Source of the DNA: an uncultured Bacteroidota bacterium
GTDB lineage: Bacteria; Bacteroidota; Bacteroidia; Bacteroidales; GCA-2748055
Assembly (NCBI GenBank): GCA_963735755.1
Contig: CAVTME010000005.1
Coordinates: 150,973-214,972, forward strand
Reading direction: 5' to 3'
DNA length: 64,000 bases
Under the pieces are notes generated by a model, which worked only from the letters and a program-made list of their open reading frames with translations, was not told the DNA's origin and did not search any database. Below, piece by piece: positions 1 to 11,444 of this stretch; the stretch's first letter is position 1, and each line of letters begins with the position of its first letter. A program made the translations under genes and the position numbers.

Positions 1-1
1 T

Positions 2-361
2 GATCCGGTTTTGGGGGAGAGTGGGACACTCAACCCACTGGTAGTGAACCTGAATGGTTTATACAGTGTGGAGACCATCAGTGAGGAGGATTGCCGGAAT
101 CCAGGAAGTGATGCAGCCCAGGTGAAAATAGACCAGGACAAATATGATTTCCTGGCATACCGCATCGATGAAACCACAATCATTATTGAGAATACCACCC
201 GAAGCACGGTGGATTTCACCATTGTTTCTGTGGGGGGACAGGTAGTGATGGTTGGTGAGGCCGGACCGGGCCAGAATGAGATCGCTTTTATCGGCAATGG
301 CATCTACCTGCTCAGGTTCTCAAAAAATTCTATGGATCAGAAATACAAGGCGCTTTTCTAA
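2..361 (+). CDS. 3' fragment of a secreted protein ending in a probable T9SS (Por) C-terminal sorting domain; the 5' end lies outside the window
   Basis: The ORF is open to the left edge. The last ~80 aa (TVDFTIVSVGGQVVMVGEAGPGQNEIAFIGNGIYLLRFSKNSMDQKYKALF) follow the usual pattern of Bacteroidota T9SS CTDs. Confidence 0.5.
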   Translation, partial: DPVLGESGTLNPLVVNLNGLYSVETISEEDCRNPGSDAAQVKIDQDKYDFLAYRIDETTIIIENTTRSTVDFTIVSVGGQVVMVGEAGPGQNEIAFIGNGIYLLRFSKNSMDQKYKALF

Positions 362-367
362 AGCCGC

Positions 368-1066
368 TTAGCGGATGCTGTCATAATAGGCGCATAAACT
401 GACGATTTCCCCCACTTTTTTCAGTTTCAGTTTCTCCTCCTTTGCATGGTCAACAAGCGCTTCATGGTGTTCGGGAAAGATCTCTTCCAGGGATTTTTTT
501 CCTCTGAACTCCATGGCAGGCCGGTTCCCGGCCTGGATGAAAATGATATCGCCCCGTTTTTCAAAACGGGCAGGCCTGGCCTCTTCATATCCTTTGGCCG
601 GCTCGGACTGGATCAGAAAAACCTGGCTGAAGATCAGGACCCGGGTGGATCCCCTGTTCACCAATCTCATATAATCCTTCTTCAAAGTTTTACCCGACCT
701 GTAAGGGACAAAAATGAACACCTCCTTGTCCAGCCATACCGTGTCAACAGGAGTAAGGCTTGGATCAAAGAATTTGATACCTTCATCGGTTTGGAATTCG
801 AAGTAGCCTTCATAGGCATTGTGCCTCAATTTTAAGCCCATGTACTTTTTCCGATTGAAAGAGATCGATCCTTCAATAAAAGCTTCATCCAGGTAGGCCG
901 AACCTTCGATTTTGGCATAGCGCTCCTTCTGGTTGTTAATATAATTCAGGTCCGAATTCATGAAGGTGATCATTTCGGTCCCCGAAGAGATCATGCCGGT
1001 CTGCCCCGAAAGCCCGGAGACAGCTGCCAGCATGGCAGCACAAAGTAGGTGAGGGAGATGTTTCAT
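368..1066 (-). CDS. Exported hypothetical protein, a distant third member of the 'A family' seen at 14686-15435 and 17196-17942
   Basis: It has an N-terminal signal peptide (MKHLPHLLCAAMLAAVSGLSGQ). The layout is shared with the A paralogues (GSAYLDEAFIEG vs GSPYLYKEFRDG; C-terminal KEEKLKLKKVGEIVSLCAYYDS vs KEKKLSVKKAKDLQAIASYYSS). The ATG at 1066 shares one base with the TGA stop of the upstream gene (TGATG). Confidence 0.6.
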   Translation of the reverse strand: MKHLPHLLCAAMLAAVSGLSGQTGMISSGTEMITFMNSDLNYINNQKERYAKIEGSAYLDEAFIEGSISFNRKKYMGLKLRHNAYEGYFEFQTDEGIKFFDPSLTPVDTVWLDKEVFIFVPYRSGKTLKKDYMRLVNRGSTRVLIFSQVFLIQSEPAKGYEEARPARFEKRGDIIFIQAGNRPAMEFRGKKSLEEIFPEHHEALVDHAKEEKLKLKKVGEIVSLCAYYDSIR

Positions 1067-1863
1067 CAATCTTTCACGAACTGGATGAGTGCTTGTTCGA
1101 AGTAGCCATCGGCCACATAAATCTGGTAGCGGATGATCAGCTCATGTTCACAGGTCAATACCACACCGGGCCCCTGGTCAGATATCCTGGTCTCGCCATA
1201 TCCCCCAAGATCGGCGAGCAGAAACTGATCAGGAATGTTCCAGGTATAATTGGTCGGATCCTCTGAAGAGAAAACCACCTTAAAGGGTTCGCCGGGCCAC
1301 ATGCCTGTAACAATAAGCGTATCGCCCCCATTGGGATTTTCCGCGAAATTCACCGGATAAGGATCATAGGGTGACTCCTCATAATCGGATTGCTCATACG
1401 CCGTATAGTCTCCGATGAACTCTTCAAGCACAAATTCACAGGGAGGTTGCATGTAAATGGTATATTCATTGGCGAAAGTGGCTGCATCTTCGTGTACAAT
1501 CCCAATCACCAGGGTGTCTTTTCTGTCCGTCATGCTCTCAGCATGACCGTATACATAGAAGTCGGCCGTTACCTGGCCCTTGCGGATGGTGACCGAGGAG
1601 GGGAGATCAAAATGAACCCCTTCGGTCCCTGTGGCATAGATTACATTCAGTCCCACATTCAGGTCCTGTTCCACAGGAAAGGGGATCCCTATCTGCATAG
1701 AATAAGGGACATTCTGACCCAGAACCACATACCGGCCTTCGGTTCCTTGTGTATAGCTGATGAAAAGATCGCCATCATAGATGGTTGGCTCCACCTCTCC
1801 GCAGCTGCTGACCAGGAATGCCAGGATAAACAGGAACAATATAGTATAGAATCTACTTTTCAT
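1066..1863 (-). CDS. Hypothetical lipoprotein, third gene of the SusC/SusD locus (position typical of a surface glycan-binding accessory protein)
   Basis: Lipoprotein signal peptide with lipobox (LAFLVSSCGE). It lies directly downstream of the SusD homologue on the same strand. I recognised no family. Confidence 0.6.
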   Translation of the reverse strand: MKSRFYTILFLFILAFLVSSCGEVEPTIYDGDLFISYTQGTEGRYVVLGQNVPYSMQIGIPFPVEQDLNVGLNVIYATGTEGVHFDLPSSVTIRKGQVTADFYVYGHAESMTDRKDTLVIGIVHEDAATFANEYTIYMQPPCEFVLEEFIGDYTAYEQSDYEESPYDPYPVNFAENPNGGDTLIVTGMWPGEPFKVVFSSEDPTNYTWNIPDQFLLADLGGYGETRISDQGPGVVLTCEHELIIRYQIYVADGYFEQALIQFVKD

Positions 1864-1881
1864 GGTGAAAACGTTTTAAAA

Positions 1882-3357
1882 TTAGTACCCCGGATTGGGA
1901 GTGATGTTCTCGTTGGCTCTCAGTTCGGCATCGGGAATGGGCCACAACCATTTGTTATGATCCGGATTCACAGATAATTCGTTTTGATTGGCCCCCGGGT
2001 TGGTAATTAATCCCTGGTCGGGATGATTAATGGGTTTTCTGGTGAAACCAAGGCCCTTTCTTTTCAAGTCAAAAAAGTGATGGCCTTCAAAACAGAGTTC
2101 CCGCTGCCGCTCCATCCATATGGCCTCTTTGAGTGCTTCGCCCGTGAGTGCTTCGTCAGCGTATCCGGATATCCTGGTTTTCCTCAGAAAATTGTAATCA
2201 AAGATGGCCAGGTTGTCTTTGTTCAGCTCGGCATTGGCCTCAGCCCTGATCAGGTACATTTCCGGCAGCCTGAACATTTTGTACATGTTTGCATTGGTGG
2301 TGGTCCCTGACTGGCCGTAGAACTGTGGATTTCCCGGGTATTTCCAGACAAGCGGCCAGTCCCAGCCATGGGTGGTGCTGTCATTTTTAAAATTCACCTG
2401 CAGTCGGTAGTCTGCCGTATCATACATATTCAGCACCCACTGGGCAGGAATATAGTCCGGATTCGGTTTGCTTTGGGGCTTGTTGTAATAATTGTACCCG
2501 ATGTACCTGCCGTTGTAGTCGGAGGAGGTGAGTCCCACCCTGAAAATCACCTCCGTTCCCTGGTCATTGAGAAACATATCTGCATAGGATGCCGAATCTT
2601 CAGCCAGGCTAAAGTAGTCCCGGTCAATGACCCGGGTGGCGTAGTTCACTGCATCTTCCCAGTTGCCCATGTAGAGGTTCACCCGAGCCAGGAAGGCATC
2701 GGCTGCAGCCACGGTAAGGAATACGCTGGAGTTGTCCTCACTTCCATTTTCTGTGATCAGCGATCTTGCCATTTCAGCTTCATCCAGGATAAAATCGTAA
2801 ACCTCCTGGATGGTGTTCCGTTCCGGCTGACCGATTTCAAAGTGCTCCACAATGGGAACGCCCAGGTCGGTGTCGGGATTGGAAAGTGTGTATGATTTGG
2901 CGAAGGATTTGACCAGGTCGAAGTGGGCAATGGCCCTTGCCAGCCTGGCCTCACCTTCGATCTGTTGCAGTTCATTGACTGAACCCTCCAGTCCGGGCAG
3001 TTTGTCGATGATGTTGCTTGCCCGGACGGCCGCAGCATACATGGCACTCCATGCACCGGTTATCTCACCGTTGTCTGATACATAGGACCATTTGTACAAC
3101 TCTCCCAACTGGTTTGAGTAGCCGATGACTGACTGCAACTGATCGGTCAGTACATCTGCATGGGCCACAAAATACCTTCCGTAATAGGCCGTGGCTTTAA
3201 AAGTGGCATATACCCCGTGGAGTGCAACCTGCGCATCCTCGACGGATTCGATGGCATCTTCAGCGATGACCGAATCAGCAGGGTTTTTTACAAGGAAATC
3301 CTCACAGGCGGTCAGCACACTGAGGATCAGGACGGATAATATGATTGGTTTCTTCAT
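1882..3357 (-). CDS. SusD/RagB family nutrient-binding outer-membrane lipoprotein
   Basis: Lipoprotein signal followed by CEDFLVKNP, a typical SusD N-terminus. It is 491 aa, has TPR-like helical content, and sits immediately downstream of SusC. Confidence 0.9.
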   Translation of the reverse strand: MKKPIILSVLILSVLTACEDFLVKNPADSVIAEDAIESVEDAQVALHGVYATFKATAYYGRYFVAHADVLTDQLQSVIGYSNQLGELYKWSYVSDNGEITGAWSAMYAAAVRASNIIDKLPGLEGSVNELQQIEGEARLARAIAHFDLVKSFAKSYTLSNPDTDLGVPIVEHFEIGQPERNTIQEVYDFILDEAEMARSLITENGSEDNSSVFLTVAAADAFLARVNLYMGNWEDAVNYATRVIDRDYFSLAEDSASYADMFLNDQGTEVIFRVGLTSSDYNGRYIGYNYYNKPQSKPNPDYIPAQWVLNMYDTADYRLQVNFKNDSTTHGWDWPLVWKYPGNPQFYGQSGTTTNANMYKMFRLPEMYLIRAEANAELNKDNLAIFDYNFLRKTRISGYADEALTGEALKEAIWMERQRELCFEGHHFFDLKRKGLGFTRKPINHPDQGLITNPGANQNELSVNPDHNKWLWPIPDAELRANENITPNPGY

Positions 3358-3379
3358 GTTGCCTACGAATTAGAATAAG

Positions 3380-6295
3380 TTAAAAGCCAGCATCAATGCC
3401 AAAGGTGATGGTCTTCACATGCGGATAGAGGCCTACCTCATAGGGTGAATCAGTTTCCGGATCGAATCCCTGATATTTTGTCCAGGTTACCAGGTTTTGT
3501 CCCTGTGCGTAGATCCTGATTGATTTAAAGACCCTGGAGGCTTCAGCCCATTGTTGTGGGATCGTATAAGAGATGGTCAGGTTTTTCAAGCGTCCGAATG
3601 AAGCATCTTCCAGGTACTGGGTGGTAAAGTAATTCACTCCATCAGCCCTGGGAATATCTGTGATGTCCCCTGGTTCTTTCCAGGCCCTCAGCATGGCAGT
3701 GGATTGGTTCGCAAATGCAAACTGGCCGTTGGATTCGGTGAAGTACCTGGTGTTATTGACCATGTATTTTCCGTATACCCAGGTGAAGAATGCAGATGCA
3801 CTCAGCCCCTTATAGGACACAGATGCTGTGAAACCACCCTGCCAGGGAGCAATCCAGCTCCTGTCCACATACCGTTTGTTGCTGATCAGGAATTCATTGG
3901 TTGGATTCCCGTCTGCATCCAGGAAGAGGCGTTCCCCGTTGGCTGCATTTACCCCGGCGTATTCAACCATCTTCCATGATCCATAGGGTTTGCCCACAGC
4001 ATGGATCCAGTCCGAATCCGGACTGGGCGGCACCTCATCGGTCACTCCATAAAGCTCAATGATCTCATTGTGGTTGTATGCAAAATTCGTGGAGATGTTC
4101 ACCAAGAGGTCGGTGGTTTGGATGAGGTTCATGTCAGCGCTAACCTCAATTCCCTTGTTCACCATCTTACCGATGTTGTCCCATCCTCCTGAGAATCCTG
4201 AAGTATAGGAGTAGGGTACCTGGGAGAGCATGTCGGAAGTCAGTTTGTGATAAACCTCCACAATGAAACCAAGCTTGCGGATCAGTTGGAAGTCAAGGGC
4301 TACACTGGTCAGCAGGACTTTCTCCCAGGTAAGTCCGGGATTGCCGGGAACATCCGGGTAGCTGGCATTGCGATCATAATAAATGGCATCCAGTGCATAG
4401 GTTTGCTGGTGGTTGTAATTCCCGATGTTGTAATTTCCGGCCGTACCGGTACTTCCCCTCAGCTTCATGCGGGTCAGGAAATTTACATTATCAAGGAATC
4501 CTTCCTTCTTCATGTCCCACTGTGCACCCACCGACCAGAAGTTTGCCCAGCGGTTGTCCGGCCCAAATCTGGATGAACCATCCCTCCGGTAGCTCAGGTC
4601 CACAAAATATTTCCGGTCGAAATCGTAACTGGCATTACCGAAGAACGAGAGTACAGCGTATTCTGAGATTCCACCACTCCAGCTGTCTCCCGGAACGGCG
4701 GTTGTACTCAGTACTTTCACAATGTTATTGGGCAGCCCGAAACCTTCGGATTCAAAGTTTTCGTTTGTATAACTGATGGATTCCTGGCCCACATAGGCGG
4801 TCAGCCCGTGACTTCCGAAGCTTTTATTGTAGGAAAAGAGGTTGGTATTGGTCATCCGGAAGCTCCGGTTGAAAAGCCTGTAGACCTCTCCTCCATTTTC
4901 GGCACCCCATACAGATTCAGGGTGGAGGTATCCTTTATTGACGAAATCGGAGAAGTCACCTCCAAGTGTGGACCGGAAACTGAGGCCCGGCATGATCTTG
5001 TAATCCAGGTAGATTTTTCCTACCATTTTCAGATCGTAATTCTCTTGATCGTTCAGATCCAATTGCTGAATGGGATTCTCCCATAACAAACCATCCTCCA
5101 GGGTAGTGTAGGACCCATCATCGTTATAGGGCCCCACGTAGGGATTTTCAAGGTAAGACCTGAAGGTGAGGTTGTATACATTTGTTGCGTCGGTGACAGG
5201 GTTCTGTACCTTTTCATAACCGGCAGTAAGATAGGCTCCTACCTGTAGTTTATCAGAGGCCTTGTGATCAATGTTGATGCGGGCCGTGTACCTTTTCAGG
5301 TCGGAGCGGTACTGGATACCGTCCTGGTAAAAATAGCCGCCTGCAATGTAAACGGCTGTTTTTTCGTTTCCTCCCCGTACCGAAAGCTCATGTGAACTCA
5401 TGGGGGCATTTTGGAAGACCTCGTCCCTCCAATCGGTATTTACCCGGCGCAGCTCATCGTTTTCGGGATCATTTGGATTCCTGATACCCAATTCGATCTC
5501 GTAATCGATTTTCTGATCCGAATCCATCATATCAAAGCGATCGGAAGCGAGCACAGACCTTCCAAATTGCATTCTGTAATTGATGGCGGTGGCCTGGTTG
5601 TTTTTTCCTCTTTTTGTGGTTATGATGATCACCCCGTTGGCCCCTTTCGATCCGTATATGGAGGTGGCGGAGGCATCCTTCAATACACTGATGTTCTCAA
5701 TGTCATTGGGATTCAATGCCGAAAAGTCACCTGCGGTGATCTGAACTCCGTCCATGATGTACAGGGGCTGTGTTCCGGCATTCAGAGAACTGACTCCCCT
5801 GATCCGAATGGAGGAGCTGGAGCCTGGTGCTCCCGAGTTGGAAATAACCTGCATTCCTGCCACCTGACCCTGAAGCATGGCATCAAAACTTGCCACCGGG
5901 ATTTGTTCTATTTGGTCAGCACTTATCGTACCTACTGATCCTGTGATACTTCCTTTTCTTTTGGAGCCATATCCCACCACAACCACTTCGTCAAGCGCCT
6001 CGGTACCGGCTACCATGGCCACATCAATAATGCGCCTGGACCCTATGGTGATCTCTTCTGTGCGAAGACCCACGAAAGTGAATCTCAGGATCTCGACAGT
6101 TTCTGAGACCGTGATAGCGTAATTGCCATCAAAGTCTGTGATTGTACCGACGGTTGTCCCGGTAGCTACCACACTAACCCCTGGCAGGGGCGTGTTATCC
6201 TCGGCCAGGGTGACTTTACCTTTGATGGTTGTATTCTGTGCATACACCCCCAGGTTGAGCAAGCAGAACGAGAAAATAACCAATAATCTTTTCAT
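3380..6295 (-). CDS. SusC/RagA family TonB-linked outer-membrane protein
   Basis: Signal peptide MKRLLVIFSFCLLNLGVYAQ (the ATG at 6295 is preferred over the ORF-track start at 6337). It has a CarboxypepD_reg-like N-domain (KGKVTLAEDNTPLPGVSVV...TDFDGNY), a plug motif (LDEVVVVGYGSKRKGSITGSV, NISVLKDASATSIYGSKGANGVIIITTK) and a C-terminal beta-signal ending in F. Confidence 0.92.
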   Translation of the reverse strand: MKRLLVIFSFCLLNLGVYAQNTTIKGKVTLAEDNTPLPGVSVVATGTTVGTITDFDGNYAITVSETVEILRFTFVGLRTEEITIGSRRIIDVAMVAGTEALDEVVVVGYGSKRKGSITGSVGTISADQIEQIPVASFDAMLQGQVAGMQVISNSGAPGSSSSIRIRGVSSLNAGTQPLYIMDGVQITAGDFSALNPNDIENISVLKDASATSIYGSKGANGVIIITTKRGKNNQATAINYRMQFGRSVLASDRFDMMDSDQKIDYEIELGIRNPNDPENDELRRVNTDWRDEVFQNAPMSSHELSVRGGNEKTAVYIAGGYFYQDGIQYRSDLKRYTARINIDHKASDKLQVGAYLTAGYEKVQNPVTDATNVYNLTFRSYLENPYVGPYNDDGSYTTLEDGLLWENPIQQLDLNDQENYDLKMVGKIYLDYKIMPGLSFRSTLGGDFSDFVNKGYLHPESVWGAENGGEVYRLFNRSFRMTNTNLFSYNKSFGSHGLTAYVGQESISYTNENFESEGFGLPNNIVKVLSTTAVPGDSWSGGISEYAVLSFFGNASYDFDRKYFVDLSYRRDGSSRFGPDNRWANFWSVGAQWDMKKEGFLDNVNFLTRMKLRGSTGTAGNYNIGNYNHQQTYALDAIYYDRNASYPDVPGNPGLTWEKVLLTSVALDFQLIRKLGFIVEVYHKLTSDMLSQVPYSYTSGFSGGWDNIGKMVNKGIEVSADMNLIQTTDLLVNISTNFAYNHNEIIELYGVTDEVPPSPDSDWIHAVGKPYGSWKMVEYAGVNAANGERLFLDADGNPTNEFLISNKRYVDRSWIAPWQGGFTASVSYKGLSASAFFTWVYGKYMVNNTRYFTESNGQFAFANQSTAMLRAWKEPGDITDIPRADGVNYFTTQYLEDASFGRLKNLTISYTIPQQWAEASRVFKSIRIYAQGQNLVTWTKYQGFDPETDSPYEVGLYPHVKTITFGIDAGF

Positions 6296-6680
6296 AGAAG
6301 ATAGATTAATGTATAAACGACGTATAGATTTTAGCAAATAGCTGTTGGGATCTTTGCTTTAAAAATCCCAAAAATAGACCTTATTTGGAAAATTATGCTG
6401 TTGTAGCCTCTTTTTATTGGTATGGAAGAATGGAGACGTATTAAGAATTAAACCAAATACTGCTTTACAACTTATATTTCGGGACCGAATAAGCTACTTG
6501 TTCTAAAATATCAGGGCTTTAATATAGTTATTTAATAAATTGTAAATCAGTCTAATAAGTTAAAAATATTGTAAACATTTGTTAAATTCTGTTAAAGGCG
6601 GTCGAGTTTTTTTAGCCTTATTCATCTGCACCGCCCGTCAATATTGAGATGAGGATAATTTTGTGTTTGGTTTTTTTTTT

Positions 6681-6688
6681 TAGTTTTG
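6681..6688 (+). promoter_or_regulatory. Candidate Bacteroidota sigma-A -7 box (TAGTTTTG) for the right-hand SusC locus
   Basis: It matches TAnnTTTG, sits 52 nt upstream of the ATG at 6740, and lies in a 400-bp AT-rich divergent intergenic region preceded by a T10 run. Confidence 0.3.
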
Positions 6689-6739
6689 GCACCAATAGAG
6701 TCTTTTGCTAATTACTTATTAAACCTAAAACTTTAATCT

Positions 6740-9700
6740 ATGAAGCGATTTGTTTTCGTATTGTCACTCCTGTTGGTTGTAGGAATTAATCTTATGCAGG
6801 CGCAGGGTGTACAAGTTACGGGTAATGTGACCAGTGCCGAGGACGGCTCTGCACTTCCCGGTGTATCGGTTGTTGTGCAAGGCACGACAATTGGTGCCGT
6901 AACAGATTTTGAAGGAAACTATTCAATTACCGTTCCTGATGCATCAGCCACACTGATGTTCAGTTTCGTGGGTATGAATACCCAGACGGTAGCCCTCGCA
7001 GGGCAATCGGTAGTTGATGTGGTCCTTGAACCTTCTTCTACGGCGCTCGACGAAGTGGTGGTTACCGCCCTGGGTATGACCCGGAGTGAGAAATCACTTG
7101 GATATAGCGTTCAATCCGTTGAATCGGAAGAGCTTTCAAAGGCCAACACTTCTGACATTGTGAATGCGATCTCCGGCCGTACTGCCGGTGTATCCATCAC
7201 CAGTTCATCAGGTTCACCTGGTGCTTCCACTTACATGACCATTCGTGGTGCAGCTTCCATTACTGGAAACAACCAGCCCCTGTTCGTTATCGACGGGATG
7301 CCGATTGTAACCGGCCGTGGTGGATACAGCTGAAACCAACAGATACTGGTACCAGTGTGGGTGGAACAACCGCCTCCAGCAGGAGTATTGACCTGAACCC
7401 CGAGGACATCGCTTCCATGACTGTTCTGAAGGGTGGTGCTGCTACCGCGCTGTACGGACTTCGTGCTGCCAACGGTGCCATCATCATTACCACCAAAAGT
7501 GGTGTGAAGGGTGCTCAGAAAATGAAGGTTGATTTCCACACATCTGTTGGATTTGACAGGGTATCACAGCTTCCCGAAATGCAAAAGCAGTTTGTTCAGG
7601 GAAACAATGGCGAATGGATCGGTGGTCACCAGCGTTCATGGGGTCCCAATGTGGATACCATGTCTTATGACGGTGATACTGATTACAAATGGGATGAGAA
7701 CGGAAGGCTTGTTGGACAAAGCGATCCAAGTGCTACCGGCGAGCAGGCAAAAATGTATGATGCCTATGATTTCTTCCAGACAGGGGTTACTTTTAACAAC
7801 AGGTTGGGTATTACTGCCGGAAACGACAATGCCAGCTACTATTTCTCAGTGGCTGACATGGAGCAATCCGGTATCGTTCCCAATTCCAAGTATGGCAGGA
7901 CCAACGTCAGGTTGAATTCATCAGCCAGGCTTACCGATTGGGTGAAGGTTTCCACAAACATGACCTACTCCAATTCAAGGTCCAATGCCATTCAGCAGGG
8001 TTCCAACGTATCCGGTGTGATGCTTGGTCTTGTCAGGACTCCCCCATCATTCGATAACAGTGCAGGTTATGAGTTCCCTGATGGAACCCAGCGTACTTAC
8101 AGGAACGGTGGAGGTTATGACAACCCTTACTGGACGGCCAATAAGAACTACCTGGATGACAGAACCAACCGTTTTATCGGTAATGCCATCTTGAACTTCA
8201 CCTTTACAGACTGGTTCAGTGCTTCCTACAACATAGGTATTGATACCTATACCAGGGAGCGGAAAGACGTGATTGCCATTAATTCCAGGGCCAAGCCCCA
8301 GGGTGCCATTGAAGAAGGAACCTATACTTCACGTCAGTTCAACTCCGACCTCTTGCTGAACTTCCATAAGAGTTTCGGCGACCTGGATGCCAGCCTGACT
8401 GTTGGACACAACCTGTTTGAAACAGGTACCAGGATTTGTTTGGTGATGCCATCGGACTTGAGATTCCTGGATTCTATCAGTTGAGTAACTCAGCCGACAA
8501 CCAGACGGGTGTTGGCAGATGGGGATACCGCACCATGGCTGTATTTGGTGATCTTCAACTGGCATACAAAGACATGCTTTTCCTGGGCGCAACGGCCCGT
8601 AACGACTGGTCTACCACCATGCCCGAAGCAAATCTTTCAGCTTTCTATCCTTCAGTAAGTCTTGGTTTTGTATTCACAGAACTGGGTGCTTTGAAGGGCA
8701 ACAGCGTTCTTTCCTTTGGTAAGATCCGTGCATCTTATGCCAATACTGCCAACATCGCCACTCCTTATAATACCACCAGCTACTTCTATGCTGCTGGAGC
8801 TGGAGACGGATGGACAGACGGTGTTTCTTTCCCCTACATGGGTACCACCGGTTTCGAAGTGGGTTATGGACTTGGAAACCCGGACCTGAGGCATGAGTCC
8901 ATGGGTTCATTTGAGGTAGGTGCTGATTTACGCTTCCTGAATAACAGGATCGGTCTTGATGTATCTTATTTCAATAACAACAATACAGACCTCTTGCTGA
9001 GCGTGCCGATTCCTGAGTCATCAGGATACGGATCAGTGTATCTGAACGCTGCAACCATGGAATCCAAAGGTATCGAGATCAGTGCCAATGCGGCCAGTCT
9101 TCAGGGTGATTTCACCTGGGATATTTATGGCAAACTTACCAAGATGACCAACACGGTTATTTCTCTTGCTGAAGGTGTTGAAAGTATCTGCACTGGGTGG
9201 ATTCACCATTCCCCAGACCAGGGCAGTTGCCGGCAGTGAATACGGAAGTATTTACGGTAACGACTGGTACAGGGATCCCGATTCAGGAAAGGTTCTGATC
9301 AATGACGATCCTTCTGATGCTTACAGGGATGGTTATCCCATGACGGATACCAGGCAGATGGTGCCTGTTGGGGATGTAAATCCTGACTGGACTGCCAACA
9401 TCACCAATACCTTTGGTTATAAGGGCGTTCGTTTGTCCTTCCTGATTGACATCAAGAGGGGTGGATGGATGTACAACGGAACTGGTTTTGCCATGAACTA
9501 TTTCGGTACCCATGAAAGGACTGCAAACCGTGAAGTATATTACACTCCTGAAGGAACCATTGATTTCGATCGGACTCCCGAAGAGAACCTGGTTGTATTT
9601 GATGGTGTTTACGGAAGTGTTGATGCAGACGGAAATCCTGTTGGCTCCAGGTGTAGAGAATGTTTCTCCTGTTGTACTGGATGAGGACTGGTATGAAGGA

Positions 9701-9994
9701 TTTGGTAGTAACTTCGGTGGTGGAGCGCAGACTGCTTCCATGGAACCTGCCGACTGGGTAAGACTGCGTGAAATCACACTGTCTTACACCATTCCCGTTC
9801 AGAAGAAGGTTTTCCAGCATGCTGAAGTTTATTTCACAGGAAGAAACCTCTGGTTAAGCACACCTTATACAGGAATTGATCCTGAGACCAACCTGCAGGG
9901 TGCTATCAACGGACAGGGTATGGATTATTTCAACATGCCCGGAACCAAGACTTATACCATTGGTCTGAAGTTACTTTCTAGAGGAATAATGTAA
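6740..9994 (+). pseudogene. SusC/RagA family TonB-linked outer-membrane protein with its reading frame interrupted at least 4-5 times (true pseudogene or assembly indels)
   Basis: Five consecutive fragments in shifting frames (6740-7333, 7357-8484, 8436-9239, 9166-9684, 9512-9994) read straight through as one SusC: CarboxypepD_reg domain, plug (MTVLKGGAATALYGLRAANGAIIITTK) and barrel. A canonical C-terminus (I-G-L-x-V-T-F-stop, TAG at 9979-9981) appears only after one more 1-nt shift. Confidence 0.85.
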
Positions 9995-10015
9995 GATAAA
10001 AAAAAACAAGAACAT

Positions 10016-11410
10016 ATGAAAAAGAGAAATTTCAAAACTCACAGGATTCTAAAGCCTGGATTGATGATTGCATTGGTCGCTTTTATCTCCTCCTGTGAAA
10101 TGGATTGATCCCGAGATGAACGTGGATCCTGATGCTCCGGGAGATGTGCCCATGTCACTTGCTGGTCCCGGGCATTCAACAGATCATGGGTTATATTCCA
10201 TTATGGGTAACGATAGGAGCAGGCCCAGTCAATATCTGGATGCAGATGTATGACGGCGTTGCACGTCAGTCCACACCCAGGCCAGATATCAGCTGACCGC
10301 TGCCGATGTCAATAATCTACTGGGGATCAGTTTATACTGATGCGCTGATGAATGCCAAGATCCTGTTGGATAAGGCCGTGGCTGAGGAATCTCCTCACAA
10401 CGAAGGTGTGGCCAAGGTTTTACTGGCTTATACCCTGGGTATTGCCACCGACCTTTTTGGCGACATTCCTTACTGTGAGGCCTTAAAAGGCACGGAGAAT
10501 ATACTGGAACCTGCCTATGACTCACAGCAGGATGTATATGCTTCCATCGTTACCTTGCTTGATGAGGCCTTACTGCCCTTGCTAAGGTGATGAAGTAGGT
10601 GTTAGGCGATGATGTGATCTATGATGGCGATGCTGATGCATGGACCATGGCAGCTTATGCCCTGATCGCCCGTGCCGAGCTTCAGCTTTCAGAAGTGAAT
10701 GGAGCCGCAGCTTATACTGCAGCTCTTGCCGCTGTGGGTATGCTTTTGGATCCAATGCAGACGACATGCTGGTTCCTTTCGAGGCTGCCAATCCCAATCC
10801 TCTGAACCAGTTTATGGTTGAAAGAGGTGATATCAGGATGTGTGAAACCTTCCTGAATGAGCTGAATGCCACTTCTGACCCAAGGATTTCTCCCTATTTT
10901 GCTGACGATGCAGATGGTGGAATCAGTGGTAGCCCGCCAGCTGGTGAAATTGAAGCAGCTTCTCCTCCGGGAGCATACCTGGCTTCTCAGACTACACCCA
11001 TTGTATTGATGTCTTATGCTGAGCTGAAGTTCATCGAAGCTGAAGCTGCCCTGTCGACAGATGCTGCACGTGCAGCCACTGCTTACCAGGAAGGTGTTAC
11101 AGCTTCTCTGGCGCAGATAGCCCCGGGTGTGGATGCTACCGATTGGCTTGCCGCCAACATCGACAATGAGAGTGCCGGAACCATTACCCTGGAGAAGATC
11201 ATCATGCAGAAGCGTATTGCTCTGGTGGGTCAGATTCAGCCTTTCAGCGATTGGAGAAGGACTGGTATTCCAGCCATGTCTCTGGCAACAGGTGCAACCA
11301 AGACGGAGATTCCGAAGAGGTTCCCTTATGCTCAGGGTGAGATCATCTACAATGCGGACAATGTTCCTGCAGTAGGATCAATCATTGTTCCAGTATGGTG
11401 GGACCAATAG
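10016..11410 (+). pseudogene. SusD/RagB-like (SusD-like_2 type) outer-membrane lipoprotein with its reading frame interrupted at least 4 times
   Basis: The ATG at 10016 gives a lipoprotein signal (MKKRNFKTHRILKPGLMIALVAFISSCE). The sequence continues through fragments 10068-10253, 10306-10590, 10599-10805 and 10640-11410. The C-terminal part (FSDWRRTGIPAM...PYAQGEIIYN) and the position after SusC fit this family. Confidence 0.7.
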
Positions 11411-11444
11411 ACATGATACAATAAAAATTTAATAGAAAGCAATT

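Noticed and set aside
446-6341. Numerous 60-195-aa plus-strand ORFs (e.g. 446-835, 1390-1977, 2368-2895, 5411-5938)
   Set aside because: They are antisense to the A-like, lipoprotein, SusD and SusC genes. They are rich in Gly/Pro/His/Val, as expected from reverse-complemented beta-barrel coding sequence.
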